Positions 23,995-36,475 of a DNA stretch of 64,000 bases are shown in pieces. The DNA is from Monocercomonoides exilis PA203 (lineage: Eukaryota > Protista > Preaxostyla). The position numbers and the translations under genes are program-made. The stretch covers positions 186,001 through 250,000 of the forward strand of contig LSRY02000031.1 of assembly GCA_001643675.2 (NCBI GenBank), in the 5' to 3' direction. The stretch's first letter is position 1. Each line of letters opens with the position of its first letter. The notes below the pieces were generated by a model. That model was not told the DNA's origin, ran no database searches, and was given only the letters and a program-made list of their open reading frames with translations.

Positions 23995-26900
23995 ATGAAA
24001 AAGAAACTTCTAATTCAAACTCAAAAAAGAGCATTGAATTGGATTAGAAGTGTTTGCTCTGTATACTTTGATTTGGACGTAGGGCAATCGATTGGATGGA
24101 CCTTTGGAAAGCGTCTTTCGAAGCGGGAGGCACAACAAATGTGTGATGTGTTTTTCTGAGAAATTTTCGATTTTAATTGTTAATTGACGTTTGAAATATA
24201 TCGCCGTAACATCTGTTTAAAAGATCTTCACTTGCAGTTCCAGAATCTTCGTGTGTGTGCTTGAGGGATCACATTATTCATTTCACGGTTGAATCGACTG
24301 CAGTTTTTGAAGATGGGCCACAGAATGTCACTCTGTACTGTACTTCTTTATTTCGTCAAGAACCAGATGAGATGAATAGGCGTGGTTTTTACCAAGCAGC
24401 TCTGGTGTTTATTTCTCATCTTCCTTTATTTGATTTAATGGAAGAAATGGCTCGGATTTCGGGTCCAATATTTCACAACATGCGTAAACCAATAGGGGAA
24501 CTTTTATTTGATGAAATTTGCATGTGGCCATTTCCGTGCGCTGGAAAGTCAATTTCTGTTGAGCTTCTTGGAATAAATTTGTACAGTTGTATTCCTATGA
24601 GAGCACCTTTATTTCCTGTATCTTTTTCAGAATTTTATCATCCAATGGGCAAACTAGAATCTGGGGAGAAGGACCAGGAAATTGGGAAAATATCAAAAAA
24701 AGCAACTCAATCTTTGGAATGTTCATCGAACATGAATTCACAATTAATATCAATGACACCAACAAAAAGAAGAAATGGCATGACAACTTCATCAAATTCT
24801 GTTTCTTTGACTCATCGGCCAGCAAGCACTGAGATGAAGTGCGAATGCATTTCTGCTTATTTGCCTCGATGCAACTCAAAATGTGACTTTCTCTGTGAAA
24901 CTGAAAAGGCAAAATTGACTTCCGTTCAGTTGGACAAAGAACACAACAACACGCAACAGGAACAGGATTCATCGCCTATGGTTTCATGTGACAGTCAAAA
25001 CGCCGTTCAAATAAAGACAGATAACCACATTGAAAGTCAGAAAGAAATGAACGAATTGCCTTGTGCATCTAATGACAGTGATTCTCCTCCGCTCACAGAT
25101 GAGCCATCGCCTCTTCCTCTGTTTTCTGTTCTCCGGCGGGACTTTGACAGCTCCATCAGCTTGTCTTTTCTGCACCCGTCGTTTGCCGATCTGCTGTGTT
25201 CTGTCTCGCTTCCGCTGCGCAAACCAGCCGATGTGTCGCAGTCAACAACAATCACCCCGCTCAACTCGCTCTCTTCCCTCGTGCCATTTCTGACTTCGCT
25301 GCGGTTCTTGTGGCAGCTGGCAGTGACTGGGCAGCCACTCGGCGTGTGTTCTTCGTCGCCGCTGCTGTCTGCCAGAGCAGTCGTTGCAATGGTCACACTC
25401 ATTGCGCCTGTGCATTATGCATTGCCATGGGCGATGTATTACTCGGTGGATCTGCTGAATGGGAGAGAGGAGGAGGAAGAGGAAGAAGAGGAGGAAGAAG
25501 AAGAAGAAGATGATGATGATGATGATGATGAACAAGACAAAGGAAAAGAAGGAGAAGAAACCAACATGAATGAAACAGATGATATCAACTTGTCAATTTC
25601 AGATACAAATTCCTCTTTGAACAATAGCACGGAATTCAATAAATCTCAAAGCCATTCAAAAGCCAAGAAATTAGCCAAGCACAAATCGCTAGCTGAGCAG
25701 AGAGACAGAAAAGAAGTGAAATATCCAAATTTGTTTGGCTTTACTTCGCCTCTCATTCTGCAAATGATACAAAACTACAACAAAACTGTTGCAGACAGCA
25801 AACAAATAGCACAAAATGTTTCTTCTTCTTCTTCTTCACCAGCATTGTCGATTTCTTCAAGTCCTTCTCTTTCATCGTTGTCTTCTTCTCTGTCTTCTCT
25901 GTCTTCTTCCTCCTCCTCCTCAACTACTACTGCTACTTCTTCTTCTTCTTCTTCAGCCTCCACATATTCTTCTTCAAATTCTTCTTCTTCCTCTTCTTCC
26001 TCCTCTTCCTCTTCTTCTCCTCTCCTTCATCCGTATCTTCCTTCCTCCTCCCTCTCTTCACAAAACGAGAAATATTCCTTTCTTTTTGTGGGCAATTGGC
26101 AGCGTCTGCCAACAAACATCGAATACAAACAGACAAACACCCCTCCCTTTCTCCAGATGATTCAACCTCATCCTTCCTCTTCTTCTTTGTCTTCTTCTTT
26201 ATCTTCTGTTTCCTCTTATTCTTCCTCTTCATTGTGTTCATCATCATCATCGTTATCTTCTTCTTCTTCTTCTTCTTCAACATCTCCTTTACCTCCTCCT
26301 TATTCATCATCTTCTTCCTCCACATTCTCTCCTTCTAAACTTTCTCTTCCTTCTTCTTCCTCCTCCTCCTCTTCCTCCTCTTCCTCCTCCTCTTCTTCTT
26401 CTTCTTCTTTCAATTCTGATCCCTTTTCCTCTTCTTCTGCCATTTTCTCTCCAACTCTTCTTCCTTCTTCTCCAACACACACACAAAACACTCCAATTTG
26501 GGTGGCAGACGAAGAAGATGAAGGAGCATTAAGAGGAGGAGAAAGAGAAGAAAGAGGAGAAAGAGGAGAAAGAGAAGGAGGAGGAAGAAGAGAAGAAGGA
26601 GAAAGAGAAAGAGAAATACCTAATTCTTCTTCCATTCTTTCTTATTCTCAGTCCATTTCCTCTTCTTTTTCTTCTTCTTTTTCTCCTTCTCTTCGACGTT
26701 TTTCGAATGAATCGAATTTTTCTTCTGCTTCTTTTTCGCGGAGGAGCCATTCAGAAGCAGAAGTTGTGTTAATTTCAGGCCAAATGGATGATTCTCTATC
26801 GAATGGGATGTTTTTAGAGGGAAAGGGAAATGAAGAAGGAGAAAAAGAAGAGAAAGAAGAAGGAGAAGGAGAAGAGAAAGGAGGAAAGGAGGAAAACAAT

Positions 26901-29900
26901 GAAGGTTTGAAGAATTATGAGGAAGAGAAAGAAATTGAGGAGAAGAAGAAAGAAGAGGAAGAATATGAAGAAATAAAAGCAAAAGGAAAATGTGATGCTG
27001 AAGAAGGAAAAGAAGATTGCTTGTGGAATGAAAACACAAAATTTTCAAATCGAACAGAAAACAAAGAAAATAAAGAGACAAACAATAAACTTCTAATAAA
27101 TTCGGATGAAGAAGTTGAATCATCTTCACAAACACTCAAAACTTCATTAAACTCTTCTTTCTCATCTGATCTTTCTATCTATGAGACAGCTATGATCAGC
27201 AACAAACAGCAAAGTTTTTCTCCTTCTTCTTCTCCTTCCAAAACATCCAATATTCTTCTTCCAACTTCATCTTCTCCAAAATATTTCCCTTCTTCTCCTG
27301 AAAAGATGCTTCCATTTGCTTCAACTGACAACAATTCTTTGAATTTGCCAACTTATTCTTCATTTGCCTCTGAAAATTCACCTTCTCATTCTTCTTCTTT
27401 ATCTTCTTCTTCCTCTTCCTCTTCCTCTTCTCTTTATTCTAAACAACCTATCAAACCATCATCTTCTGCTTCTTCGTTGAATTCTTTGCTTTCTTATCTT
27501 CCTTCTTTTCCTTCTTCTTGTTCTTCTTCTTCCTCTTCCTCTTCCTCTTCTTCCAATTATCTTCCAATCAAACAAAACATAACATCTTCTCCTTCTTCTC
27601 AAAAGCAGATGAAATCTCATCTTTTATCACCTTCTCTTTCTCCTTCAATTTCTTCTTCTTCTTCTTCTTCTTCTTCTTCTTCTTCAGTTCAATCAACACA
27701 TCACAGAATAATCTCTTCTTCTTCCCCTTCCTCTTCTCCTTCTTCCTCCAAATTGTTTTCTTTCCCTTCTTTGTCATCTTTCACTTCTTCCTCCTCTTCC
27801 TCTTCTCCTGCTCCGTCTTTTTCAATTCCTTTTTCATCTTCTTCATTTTCTTCCTCTTCTTCTTCCTCTTCCTCTCCTTTTCTTCCTCCTCCTCCTCTTC
27901 ATCTTCTCCTCGAAGCAACTCCATCCAACCTCATCCACACATTCCCTGCTTCTTTGTTTTCTTCTTGTTTGTCTTCTTCCTCTTTCTCTTCTTCTTCTTC
28001 TTCCATTTCTTCTTCCTCTTCCTCCTCTTCTTCTTCTTCTCTTCTCAAATCTCATCAAAATCTTGTTCCTTCTTCTTCTTTGTTGGCTTCTCATATCCAC
28101 AAAGATTGCATCGACTTAATGAAAACACCTTCATTCAAGAAAATGTCAGCAATCAGTCCCAGTTCAACTTCCGTTTCTTCTTCTGTTCCACATTCTCCTT
28201 CTTTCTCTTTCTCTTCTTCTTCTTCCTCATCCTCTTCTTCCTCATTGCCTTCTTCCTCCTTATCCTCCTCCTCCTCTTCTCTTTCCTCTTCCTCTTCCTC
28301 TTCCTCCCTCTCTTTCTCCTCCACCCTCACCAAAGACCAGCTCCGCTCTCAGCATCTCTCTCTCCATCGCCCAGGGATGCCCTGGAAACAGGGAATTGTG
28401 TCACACATCCGCCCTCTCCTTTCGGAAGACAAGGTTTTGACACGCAAATGCACTGAGCTGATCAGAAGATCGCTCAAACAGACTGCTGCTTATCAGAAGG
28501 AATGGAACTGTGGCAGTTGGAGTGTGCTGGTGAATAAGATGATGACTCATTCACACAAAGAGAAGGAGGAGAAGAACGGGAAATGCAAGGGGGATAAAAT
28601 TGATGGGAAGGAAGAAGAAGGCAATGGTGGTGCGTTTTCTGCTCAAACAAGTCCAAAATTAATGAATGAATTGAATTCAAAGCAGAATGGCGAGATGAAT
28701 GGTGGAATGTCATCTATTGATAATAAGAATAAACATGGGACAAATGATAATAATAATAATAATAATGTTATGAAAGCAAAAGTGAATACAGAGAAAGAAG
28801 AAGCAGAAGAAGAAGATGACGATGATGATGAGCAAGAAGAACAAGAGAAAGAAGAAGAAGACAATAATTACGCGGCCATCACCCCCAAATCCCCACCATC
28901 TGACTCATCCACTCTCTTTGACATCCTCAAGACAATCACCCACAACGAAGAAGAGCCTTCCTTCTCTTCTGATTGCTTGCTTCTTTCAGCTGATCAGCTG
29001 ACTGAAGCTCCTCTTATCACAGTGGGCGATGTGTGTGATGTGATCAGAGACGCTTTTTCGAAGCTCACAGCTGATTTCCTCGCTCCGCTGATGTTTTTCA
29101 TCCATCGCAATAGACAGAAGCTGTTGGAGCAGACGCTGAAGAGAGAAGAAGAGTGGAAGAGGAACGAAGAGAGAGAAAACGAGAGGCAGATGAGAAAGAT
29201 GACGAGGAAGAGGGAGAAGGAAATTAAGCAGAGAATGAGGGAGAGCAAGATTGCTCGCAGAAAACAGAGAAAAATGAGTGAAGAAGCACAAAATGACAGA
29301 AACTTGTCTATTTCCAAGCAAAACAACAAACCAGATGGATTGCTGACACTTCAGCAGCCAATCAAAATATCCTCCTCTTTCTCTTCTCTCATTCGCTCTA
29401 ATTCTTATCTGAGCTCCTGCAGTTGCTCTCAGCTTCCAGAAAATTCAATTTCTGATTCAAATAAAACTGAAACAAAAGCAGCAAAAGCGATAAAAGAAAC
29501 AAATTCAATGAAAATGACACAAAATTTGAGAGATGAAAGAAATTCTGTTTCTTCACAGAAGAACACACTTTCTGATTCGACTGCTGAGAAAAAGGAAGAA
29601 TTTACTGCTCCGACAAAGAAAATGAGGTTTCCGTTTTTCAGAATGAGACGATTGTCAAAACTGAATAAGGAAAAAGTTGAGAAGAAAAATGAAGAAAACG
29701 AGAAAAAGGAGAAAAAAGAGAAAATTGAAAGAATTGAAAGAAATGACAGCGATGTGTCTGCGTCTGAAAATGATGTTTATTCTTCTTCTTTCACTTCGTC
29801 TTTCTCTTCTGATTCTGATTCTTCATTGTCATCATTTTCGAGCGTATCATCATCATCCTCTTATTCCTCCTCTTCTTCTTCTTTATCCTCCTCCTCATCT

Positions 29901-30926
29901 TCTTCTTCTTCCACTTCCACTTTATTCTTCTCCAAAAATCCCTTTGCTCCTCCCTCTCCTCGCCCTCCTTTTTCCACTGCTTCTTTCCTTTCTTTTGTGC
30001 GCGAACAAGAAAGTCGCATTAATTTCCCTTGCAAATCAGCAGATGACCTTGTCAAATTGTATTCAGAATTTTTATCTTCTCCTTTGGGAGTGTTTTTTGT
30101 GAACACGCAAATTGCGATGGGCGAGGCGGAGGTAGCTATTCATGCACAACAATATCAGCAGCGCTGGCTGAAGAGTTTGAAGGAGCACAGGAGAAGGAGG
30201 AAGGAGAAGAGAGAGAGAAGAGAGAAGAGAAGAGAAGAGAAGATGGAAAGAGAAAGAGAGGAGAAAGAAGAGGGTGGAAAGAAGAATGATTATGAATATG
30301 TGAATAAAAAAGATGTATTTGAAGAAATGAAAGGAAAGCAGACAGCACCCAAACAGAAGAAAATAGAAGTGGCTGTGATGGACATTTATCTCTCTCTGCG
30401 CAACTTGATTTCACAAACACAGCAATTGATAACAATTGAAGAAGAAAACAGCAAAAGAAAGGAAGAGAACGAGGAGAAGAAGATGAAAAAGAAGAAAAAG
30501 AAGACAATAAAGAAGAATCAATCCAGCGATTCCTCATCTCCTCACTTACTCCCTCACACTTCCTCTGATCCATCTTCAGAATGGATTCCATTAAAAACAG
30601 AAAATCCGAACTTGCAGCCACTTCTTCGGCCAGGCAGCTTCCACCCTTCTTCTCCTTTTTTGCCGTCGGCTGTTCCTCTTTCTGTGCTTCCCAGCGTAAT
30701 TTCAGCAGACTCTCCTGTTTCTCTTTCACCTGAATTCTTTTCAACCGCGTCGCTGTATTTAACCTCGTGTGAAGGGAATGTCAAAACACTCAAAGAGAAA
30801 AGAAGGTTTTACGTGGAGTGCATTGAGGAGGTTGTGAAGGAGCTGCCTGAAGATATGCAGCTGGCGGTAGCAAAGGAGATAGAAAGGCTGAAAGAAGAAG
30901 GGAGAGAAAAGGGGAAAGGAGATTGA
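23995..30926 (+). CDS. DENND6: DENND6/FAM116-like DENN-domain Rab GEF with very large Ser/Glu low-complexity insertions (exon 23995-24140, intron 24141-24223, exon 24224-30926)
   Basis: WIRSVCSVYFDLDVGQ, LAVPESSCVCLRD, LFRQEPDEMNRRGFYQAALVFISHLP, LWQLAVTGQPL and IRDAFSKLTADFLAPL match DENND6 uDENN/cDENN/dDENN signatures recalled from memory. Confidence 0.8.
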
Positions 30927-31580
30927 AAGTTAAATGGAGATAATGTGAAAAAAGTTTGATTTTGAATTACATATATTTATAAAGTAATATCAATCACCTT
31001 TAACATTGTTGGTTCGTTGATCTTTTGAAAGGAATGTGAATATAAACATTGTGTAATCGCTGTGAATAATAAACAAATTTTTATATTTCTGTTTAGTAAC
31101 TCCATTTGTAATTATGTATTTTTATAGAAATGTTTTTTCTTTTAATTTGGTCATGATATTTTCTTTTGCTATTTATTGAAGTTTTATGTTTATAACCTGA
31201 GAATGCTTTTTTATCACTCTGAAAAAATGTGACATTAATTTCTCTTTATCCAAGCTTTTTCATGGGAGTTAATAGTTTTATGATTAATTTTTTGTTCCTT
31301 TGTTTAATTCTTTTGAAGGATTCTTTAATCATTTTTATTTATAAGTTGCAAGTCATCAATACTCTCATCTTTGCAACTGAGTTCAACAATTCACAAAAGA
31401 AAATAAAAAAATAAAATAAAACAGAAAATTATCGAAAAAAAGAATTGTTTGATTTTTTTTTCCTTTTTCTTCTTTTTTCTTTGCTTCATGTTTTGTTTTC
31501 TCTTGCCATTGCAAAGAAATAAAAACTGAGCAAAAATAAAAATTGAATGTTAACAAACAAAAATGGTGAAAGTGAAGTGT

Positions 31581-33304
31581 TTACAATGAATTGTGTATTT
31601 CTTGGAGAGCTTTTTCGTAGGGAGGGTGGATTGGCGGTGCAACAGGAGCAAGAAGTTTGTAGCATTCCTTTAAGAGATATATTATAAGAGTTAAGCAAAT
31701 ACATCAAAATTGTGGAGAATTTAAAAAAATGAGGAAAAGCAAGGAAAAAAGGATAATTAAAAGAGACAAAAGCGAATGTTATTTGATGAAAATATGGGTT
31801 TTAAATTAAGCAATGTTTGATATCATCCCACATAAGCAAGTCCAAAAAGTTAAAAGCAAAGCCCCAAAAAGCCACACCAAATCCAATGGGTATGTTTGGT
31901 CGCTGTCAAATCCAGACAAGTCTCCACACGACACAAAAGGCACAAGCATCGAAGGAGAAGGTGGATGCCAAATTGGATAAGGAGCTTTCTCTTCTTTTGC
32001 TTCATCGCTTTTAGAGTGCTCATCTTTTCCTGATTCTTCCTGCTTCTTTTGTTTGTCTTTCCCTTCTTCTTCTGCTGCTGCTTCTTTGAGGTCTTTTGAA
32101 TCTGTCTTTCCATCTTTCATTTCGGTTGAGTCAGAAGGAGAAGATGAAGAAGATGGTGTTGCAGATGATGATGATGATGATCGCACATCTTTAATTAAGC
32201 TTCTTTTGTCAGCTGAGGGAGTGAATGGTTCGAGTAGTGGATGTGAATAACTTTCTGGTTGGCGGAATCCTCGGCACACAACAAAGGATTCTGTGTTAAT
32301 TGCATCATTGAACAATAAAAATAATGAAGTTAAAAATTTTTCGAACAAGTTGTGTTTTCCACAAGAAAAAATTCATAATTGAGATTTAAATCATTAAAAA
32401 TAAAAAAAGGAGTAATGCTCATACCAATACTGGAATTTCTTGATGATTGTGGTTTTGCAACAACAACATCACAAAAATAAACTCGAAGTTGGGTGTACAT
32501 AAATGCTACATCTTTTCCTCGAAATATTTTTGCAACAAATTTACCCCCTGGCCTTAACAGTTTTGTAGTTACAGTTAAAGCCTGAATTTTTTATTTCAAT
32601 TTTTGAAATAATAAAAAATATTGAAATTAATGATATCTTTCAAAAAATAAGAAACATGCATACAGCAAGGATCAGTTGTCCTTGAAGATATTCATCCATA
32701 TCGTGAAGTCCAGTTACTTTATTACGAAATTAATGAAAAAAGCACAATTAATTGATTCGAAAAAGAAGCGAAATTTTCTGAAACCATCTGGCGCCCCATC
32801 TGACAACACAATATCAATGGGTTTTCCTTCACATGCGTCTATAATCTATTTTTAAAAAAAAAATTAAAAATTCTGATTTTTCGATTTATAATTTTCAAAG
32901 CAAACTTCTTGAATTTTTTGAGGACTTGTAATATCACCTTTAAGGATAGTTACACCTGGGATTGGCAGCATCTCATTTAGATCTATTGCAACGATATGAG
33001 CTTCTGGCACACTGGAAGAAATCATTCCCAATTTTTATAATAAAAAATTTCAAACTCTTTCAGTTTTTGAGAGCAAACTTGGCTCCAACTTCCTGGAGCC
33101 GCACAAAGATCAACTACGTTCTTAACTCCATCGAATATATTAAATTGATGATCAATTTGAAGAAGTTTAAATGCGGATCTTATTTGTAAATAAAATTCAT
33201 ATTGAAAAAGTTCGAGAACTCATATAAACGTACCTGGCCCTGTAGCCTTCTTCTTTTGCTTTTCGATAAAACACATCACGCTTATCCTTAGATGCCCTCC
33301 CCAT
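31581..33304 (-). CDS. TRM7: tRNA (cytidine32/guanosine34-2'-O)-methyltransferase TRM7/FTSJ1, multi-exon
   Basis: [98 protein letters not shown], and last exon [15 protein letters not shown]; GT-AG introns. Confidence 0.95.
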
Positions 33305-33491
33305 CTAAATAAAAAGAAAATACAGAATATTGATCAACCCATCTCAAATTAAAAGTTTTATCAATCAAAAAAATCTCAAGTTTTTCATAAATAAGTTGTG
33401 GATAATATATATATTGCAATTTTTTCTTTTTTTGGCATATTCGTTTTTGTCGTATAATTTTGACTTTAAAGTCTTCGTTTATTTATTATTG
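33305..33491. promoter_or_regulatory. Probable bidirectional promoter between divergent TRM7 and RPS20
   Basis: Only 187 bp separate the two head-to-head ATGs (33304 minus, 33492 plus). Confidence 0.6.
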
Positions 33492-34027
33492 ATGGAAACG
33501 AAACCAACAAAAAGCATTGGTAAAGTTGAACGTAAGACTGCACAGTCTGTAAATAAAATTCGTGTTACCCTAACGGGACGCAATCACAAGCACCTTGAAA
33601 AAGGTATTTTAAAAAAACTAATATTTTGTTCTTTGTTGATGTTTAAAAAATTTTAGTTGCTTCTGATTTATTGGAGCGCGCTAAAATCAATCCTTCAAAG
33701 CCAAAAGTCAAAGGTCCAGTAAGAATGCCAACAAAGGTCCTTCGCATCACCACAAGAAAGACTCCATGCGGAGAAGGCATGATAGCTTCTTTAAAATAAT
33801 TTTTTGTTATTAATCGTTGGACGCCTATATTCTTAATCATATTTTTTTTATAAATAGGTTCAAAAACTTGGGATCGTTTTGAAATGAGGATTCACAAGCG
33901 CGTTATCGAATTATACACGAATGTTGATACCGTGAAACAAATTATCAATGTTAATATCGAGCCGGGTGTTGACGTTGATGTGGCTTTAATTAAATTTCAA
34001 CCAAAAACGCAATTAAAGAAAGAATAA
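33492..34027 (+). CDS. RPS20: 40S ribosomal protein S20 (uS10); exons 33492-33603, 33657-33776, 33858-34027
   Basis: [66 protein letters not shown]. Confidence 0.97.
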
Positions 34028-34408
34028 TTGCATTTTGGATGATCTTAATTTTCATGTTATATCTTTTCAATTCATGTTTCAACACCCTTGCTTGTCAAAC
34101 GTGTTTCTCAGCATTCAATAATTGAATCTGAGTAATTGAACCGTTTGGGGAAAAAAAATAAAATTGCTTTTAAAGAGAACGATTTTTTGTAAAGACTTTT
34201 TCACTTTTAACTGTCGATTGTCATTTGACAATGATTAACAATTATGAAAGTCCTTTAATTTTTTTATGATGAAACATTCTAATTTTCTTATTTTCAAGGA
34301 AATTTGACTTGAAACACTTTTTTTCACAATAATCTATCCCAAAAAAATATTTTTGAAATAGTAATAATTGTAATTGAGCGCTTTCTCTTGCTTTTTAGAC
34401 ATTCTCCA

Positions 34409-36475
34409 AATGCCCCCGCGGAGAAAATTTATTAGAGGGAATAAGTATAATCTTAATTTTTTTTATGTTCACATTTTCACTGCTATTTCGAAATTTTGTG
34501 ATTCTTTTAGAGATAAAGATTTTTTGATTCTAACGGATGAAGCATGTTCTGTAAAACTGTTTTCTATTTCAAACACTCGTCAAGAGCATGATGTCAATTT
34601 GACCATTGAACTTTTTACCGGTTTGCTTCTCTCCATCCTTTTTTAATGTTATTCTTTCAGAAATTGAGGCTCATCCGAGGAAAGAGATACAATGCATTGA
34701 TTATTCTCCAATCACTCACATACTAGCGTTTGCAAGGATTAAAAGCGAAAAATTATATTTATTCTTGGAGAAATCGACAAAACCTTTTTCTGTTCTTCAC
34801 TTTAAGCAGCATATTTTGTTTTTTGCAATGAATGCAGAGCTCCTGATTGTTATTACACCGCCAGCTCTTCATGTCTACTTATTGGCAAATCTTCAATTGC
34901 TTCATACAACGCTTTTACCTTTTCAATCAATTGAGAATGATCTTAATCTTTATCAGTTTAACCCACAATCGAATCGCCTTGTCGTTCCGCTGAATCATAC
35001 TCAAAATTCATACGCTATTATAGATATACCAAAGATGATGAATTTTGGCAGCAATTTTTCAATGGATGCACGCTTTCCTTTTGGACTTCCTTCTCTGGTT
35101 TCTCATCTCGATTGTTCTCCATTATCAATCTCCGTGACAACTTTTGTGAATAAGCTTCCTTTTATTCTGATAGCCCTATCACCAATGGGGACAAATCTGT
35201 GCGCAGTAGATGAAGAAGGAATTAATTCTTCGTTTTTCAATCTTGATTCGGTTGTGGACTGCAAAGAAAACAAGATAAGTTCAGAAGAATTAGCCAAATG
35301 CATGGATTATTTAGCCCCTCCGGATTCAAATGCTTTGCCAAAGCAAGATCTTTATCCCCTGTTCAACAGACATTTATCTCTCGGAAGCATCCGAGGCCCC
35401 GCTCCTCCTTCTTGCTCTTCGCCTTCTTCAGAGTTCTCTTTGTCTCGTCCAACATCCTCTGCCCGGTCTTTTTCATTCAGCCACAGCCCCCAAAAATTCG
35501 ATCCTTCCAGTCAATTTTCTGCCTATCAGCCGCTGAACTTGTCTGCTGCTTCCAACCTCCCCCAGTTCTCTTCGCCTTTGTCTCCTGCTGAGCCTCGCTC
35601 GCCTCCCTCCGAATCTGCCTACACTTCATTCGCAGCTGCATCGGCTGTATTTTTTTCTGATAAAGCTGCTTCTACATTTCAACCATTGTCTTCTTCACCT
35701 TCATCATCTGCTTCTTCTTCCTCCTCTTCATCTTTTTCTTTTTCTTCTTCACCTTCGCCATCTGCTTCTTTTGTATTGTCCGAAGCACCTCAAATAGCTT
35801 CTTCCTCAACAACTCCATCTTCATCATTGCCCAGCCCCACAAGTCATCCATCTCCTTTCAAAAAGCTTGCATCTCACTGGACGTATCCTCTTCCTCCTTC
35901 TTTTAATCTGTCTCAGCTGCCAGCCATTCCACTGCATTCCACACCTCATTGCGCATCCATCTCACACACCATCATGAAAGTGATCAAAAAACGGACAAGA
36001 ACATTTCTTTCTATTCTTCTTTCAGCAAACAATGAGTATCACATTGGTGTCACACAAGATACACTTCACATCAGACAGTTTGTCCCTCAAGTTCACCAAA
36101 AGGGCAAAGTTGGTGAAAAAGAGAAAGACGTCTCAAAGGCAGTTGATATTGTCAGTGATGATGTTAAAGGAGGAGAAGGAGATGGAATCATTGCAAGTAA
36201 TGCCACTTACTCGAAGTATCCAATATCTCTGAAGCAATCTCTTACTCCGCCAGCCTCGTTGTTCATCATGTCTGATGAGCAAACTCTTTTGGTGTGACTT
36301 TTTTCTCTTTTTTTTTCAACATTTATTTTCCTTTCTAATAATTCGTATGTGTATTTGTGTCTTCATTCAGATTCTCGATGGAGATTATGTGCTGCATGTG
36401 TTGGACTTGCAATCAAAGAGTTTTCAGAATTCTATGCAATTACCTCACACTTCAGTCGATGGTAAAGTTGGTTAA
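34409..36475 (+). CDS. Divergent ATG18/WIPI (PROPPIN)-like beta-propeller protein, multi-exon, with Ser/Pro insertion
   Basis: LHFKQHILFFAMNAELLIVITPPALHVYLLANLQLLHT resembles the PROPPIN 'F...IL.V.MN..RLVV.L...IYIYD...M.LLHTI' blade; IALSPMGTNLCAVDEEG resembles 'LAFSPDGTLLATASEKG'; TLHI resembles 'TVHIF'. Exon boundaries approximate. Confidence 0.55.

Noticed and set aside
24587-30793. Numerous short overlapping ORFs within DENND6, likewise within the ACSL and SMCR8 genes
   Set aside because: Shadow ORFs caused by low-complexity purine/pyrimidine tracts; no independent motifs.
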